Assembly (NCBI GenBank): GCA_021432655.1
Contig: MU271637.1
Span: 1-36,751, forward strand
DNA: 36,751 bases
Direction of reading: 5' to 3'
Origin: Atractiella rhizophila
Lineage: Eukaryota
Positions within the stretch are counted from its first letter, which is position 1. Each line of letters starts with the position of its first letter. Positions 33,661 to 36,751 of this stretch are shown piece by piece. The translations under genes were made by a program, and so were the position numbers. The notes under the pieces are model-generated. The model worked only from the letters and a program-made list of their open reading frames with translations. It had not been told where the DNA came from and searched no databases.

Positions 33661-34656
33661 CGCGGGCGTGCTCTAACCCTGACAACAGAAAGAACTTGAG
33701 CATGACGAAAGGACGTAGGAGGAAACGATTGAACCATCAAAACTGCCTGGTTTCATGATATATAACAAGGCAAGGAAAGGTGTGATACTAGGAAGTCGGA
33801 CACCTCGCTGAGCCACGACTCAGTGCAATAACTTCGATTCGCGTTCTAAGTAATTTTGACATTGTTCAATAGCAATAATCAAAGATCGTGGCACTATCGA
33901 GGCATCTTAAATCTGCCTCTGATCCAGCGATTTAAGAATTTCCTAGTAGTGCAGTTGACTTGTCACTAACGCATGATACAAGAGGATCTAGAAGCTGCGG
34001 ACGGGACAGCAACCCCAAAGAGATTACACACCTGTGAAAGGCTGGCACTAACTGGGTGCAGTGGCTGGTGTATCACAGTAAAAGCTGGTAAAAGTGCCTC
34101 AGGCCGCAGGTTATGTAATGAAAGCACTACAGTTCCGTAGCAACAGTATCATTATTACATTAGTGTTCGGAAATAATACTGTCTTGGAACTCAAAAATAA
34201 TTCTTTGTTTCGTCAAGTTGTGAAAGATATACTCTGAGATTAGGCACCATTGAAAATACTCTTAGTCTGAAATTCCAAATTCATTTCCGATTAGTCTCAA
34301 ACAATACCTAGCTTGATTGCGCTTGCCAAATTGCTTCCATCACCTGGTTGCCATCACACAATCCGGCTTCAATGAGGCGTCTCAAAAGCCGATACACCTA
34401 GCAGGAAATTCGCCCCTGTTTAGGCAGAGGTGTATATCGGGAGAACAAGGACATACCCTTTCTTGGCAAGGTATGACTGATGAAAGCTCAAAGCGAGTTT
34501 TGTTGAAGTACCTGAGTTCTCTCCATGTTTCAATCCTGAGTTGATCCTTCACATTGAACGAACGGAAAGGGCGAGTATCAGGTTCCTCAAGGATGGCAAG
34601 ACGTTGGATAGGAGCCGACGAAGAATCCTATATGAGTAACTAGGTTAGCTCTATAA

Positions 34657-35847
34657 TTATTTTAGGAGCAGCATGGGAAGAATGCTTACGGAGCTAACGA
34701 AAAGTCCCAAATCCCAGCTTCGAGAGCACACAGTAACATTGCATATGTCGCAATCTCCATCGATGATAACGATTCTAAGACAACCCGAACTGGGGAACAG
34801 GCAGCGCGTCTCGTTCTGAGCTAAAGGTTGCGTCTGAGTGGAAATGGTCCAATCCGACGCGGTCTTTTTCAATTCTTCCATGTTCGCATGCACTGTTCCG
34901 GTATCAGATAGGCGATCGTCTTCATGATTGTCAAGGTCATCCGAATCTTGAATGTCTTCCAAAATGAAAGTGTTGTTCGTGTTCTGCGAAAACTCTTCCG
35001 TTTCCTCCTTCCGCTGCTCCATCGCTAACTCCCATAATGGCTCTCCATCTTGGTCCTCGTCCATTGCCGTCCGAGTGGAGAATTGGGACTCAAAGGATTG
35101 GCCATCCACGTCCATCGCTGTGAGGATCGTAGATTGGGTATCGACAGGCATTTGCGTATAGCACGACGTGATGCTACTCTGCTGACTCTCACTTGCGCCA
35201 TCCCACTCCTCATCCTCATTCTCCGCTACTTCCTTCTCTTTCGCGCTCTGAGGCACATTCCGTTCCCGATCATTTTCGTGCCTGCTTATTTCATCCCTCC
35301 AATTCTTGATCTTAATCCGTGTTTTTATCTCGGTCTTCATCGCCTTCATCGACTTTTCGTGTTGCTGAGCTGATTCTCTCACATCTGAAGAAACTCTGAC
35401 TGGAATCTGCACGCTAGTCACATTGACATAAGCCACACCAGGCGGCAGGTTAATTCCGGATGTTGCGATCTCGAGCAGGTCAGGAGGGAGTTTGTGAAAG
35501 GGAGTAGTGGGGGGAGGAAGGATAGATGGGTGGTTGTACAGACTCGTCTGGATCTTGGAGGATGGTGGATTCGATGGCTCGCCCCGGCGCGGTGCGGCGC
35601 AAAATATTGATGGTGCTGATTCGGATTTCTTCAGAGGGGAAGCACTCGTAGGTGGACCGTCTCTCCAGTCGCGGGAATTATCACCACCTTGGATTTTCGC
35701 CTCAGACGGAATTGCATCGGAAATTGGAGCTCCGGTTCGGCCTGCAAAAGGAGAGCTACAATCGTCCTCTTCCTCCACGAGACGTGGGAGGCGGACAGAA
35801 AATTTCCCCTTGCCTGAAGCTGAAGACGTTCCCTGTACATCCGACAT
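34657..35847 (-). CDS. Hypothetical acidic, low-complexity protein with a Cys-containing C-terminal segment
   Basis: 396-aa ORF with Pro/Ser- and Asp/Glu-rich tracts. It probably splices at TTC|gttagc (~34698) to a further exon near 34630 (DSSSAPIQRLAILEEP...), so the true 3' end may lie lower. Confidence 0.6.
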   Translation of the reverse strand: MSDVQGTSSASGKGKFSVRLPRLVEEEDDCSSPFAGRTGAPISDAIPSEAKIQGGDNSRDWRDGPPTSASPLKKSESAPSIFCAAPRRGEPSNPPSSKIQTSLYNHPSILPPPTTPFHKLPPDLLEIATSGINLPPGVAYVNVTSVQIPVRVSSDVRESAQQHEKSMKAMKTEIKTRIKIKNWRDEISRHENDRERNVPQSAKEKEVAENEDEEWDGASESQQSSITSCYTQMPVDTQSTILTAMDVDGQSFESQFSTRTAMDEDQDGEPLWELAMEQRKEETEEFSQNTNNTFILEDIQDSDDLDNHEDDRLSDTGTVHANMEELKKTASDWTISTQTQPLAQNETRCLFPSSGCLRIVIIDGDCDICNVTVCSRSWDLGLFVSSVSILPMLLLK

Positions 35848-36751
35848 GCTTATCCTATTCGACGGGACAGAAGTTTGGAAACCAGATATGCTCTTTACTG
35901 ATGGATGGGAGCCTCAAGATGGCTGCAAATGGCATCTTTAAAAGGTCTGGCCAAACAAGGACGGAAGAACAAGTAGCATGACCCGTCAGATCTTCAGAGG
36001 TCAGTGCTAGAAAGACAGACAGTTAATCTGTGGTCCTTGTGCACGGATCTCCCTCCATTCGCTATTGTTGCCCTTCTCGCGTCGCAACAATACAATACAG
36101 AGTCAAGAGCACTGTTTGCCTTTCATGACCCGCTCCTGCCTGGGTTCTGGTGTTTCATAGCCCGCTCCAATTTAGTATTGGATGATTTCAGGCGCTTTGG
36201 TCTAATAATTCGTTATGACATCCATGACTGAACATTTACTCCAATTTTCTGCGTTTGCTTTTCCGCCGCAAGTTCCGCTAAAAACAAGTTGCAGTCCTGC
36301 GAGAATGTCCAAAGAATAGGCTGTGATGATTCATGAGACGAACGAACAGGCCTGGAAATTAGGAACGAGAAAGGTGTGCTGAACTTTGAGACAACGCTGG
36401 CGTCTCTTGTGGCTTGTTACAGGATCGTTGCCATATTTTGACTGTGTCTCTCTGACAATACGTGCGTTGTGGCGAGTTGGCGATGAGAGATTACAAAAAG
36501 AGAGTACTATGAAGATGTGTTTACTATGAGCCAAGCTGAAATTATATACAGAATTAGAAAGATCTGAAGGTGGTTGTACATTGTGTCGAAGCAAATTTTT
36601 ACATTTGGCCTACACAAGTGGCCAAAGGAGCCTTCGCATCCACTGTCCTCTTGCACTTCACTTCTTGCCTCGCTGCTTCGTGCACCCACCTATTTCTCGT
36701 CCGCGTTGTTTTTGGCAGGGCTACTTACTTTCCAACCCCACTTTCCGTCGA

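Noticed and set aside
33905..33937. 9-bp inverted repeat tcttaaatc...gatttaaga
   Set aside because: Short, AT-rich and expected by chance; no MITE-like target-site duplication seen.
1..36751. tRNA, rRNA, CRISPR array or transposase
   Set aside because: No cloverleaf with A/B boxes, rRNA-like segment, spaced direct repeats or DDE/RT motifs were seen by eye; tRNAscan-SE, Infernal and RepeatMasker were not run.

Overview
Eukaryotic, intron-rich fungal genomic DNA with many ~45-130 nt GT-AG introns, most consistent with a basidiomycete (inference from intron style and protein motifs). The ORF track fragments most genes, so I spliced them by eye. Contents in order: 3' part of a flavin-dependent (Baeyer-Villiger/FMO-type) monooxygenase; a RimJ/RimL-type GNAT acetyltransferase; a multi-exon unknown gene; a zinc-dependent cinnamyl-alcohol-dehydrogenase/ADH6-like gene with a frameshift in exon 1; an unknown gene; the retromer sorting nexin vps17 inside a ~2.6 kb tandem duplication joined by a 31-nt A run; a Ser/Pro-rich disordered protein; two tandem intron-free F-box paralogs (the second frameshifted); a Clr2 (SHREC) heterochromatin-silencing homolog; a DHA1 MFS efflux pump with ~15 introns; a Zn(II)2Cys6 transcription factor; and an acidic unknown protein. 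The most unusual structure is the vps17 region. The two copies differ only at synonymous sites in the exons I compared, and one exon of the complete copy is corrupted by apparent adenine loss. The simplest explanation is two haplotypes plus a low-quality read segment in the assembly; a real duplication or A-directed hypermutation cannot be excluded without reads. I found no convincing novel multi-gene system, RNA gene, CRISPR array or transposase.
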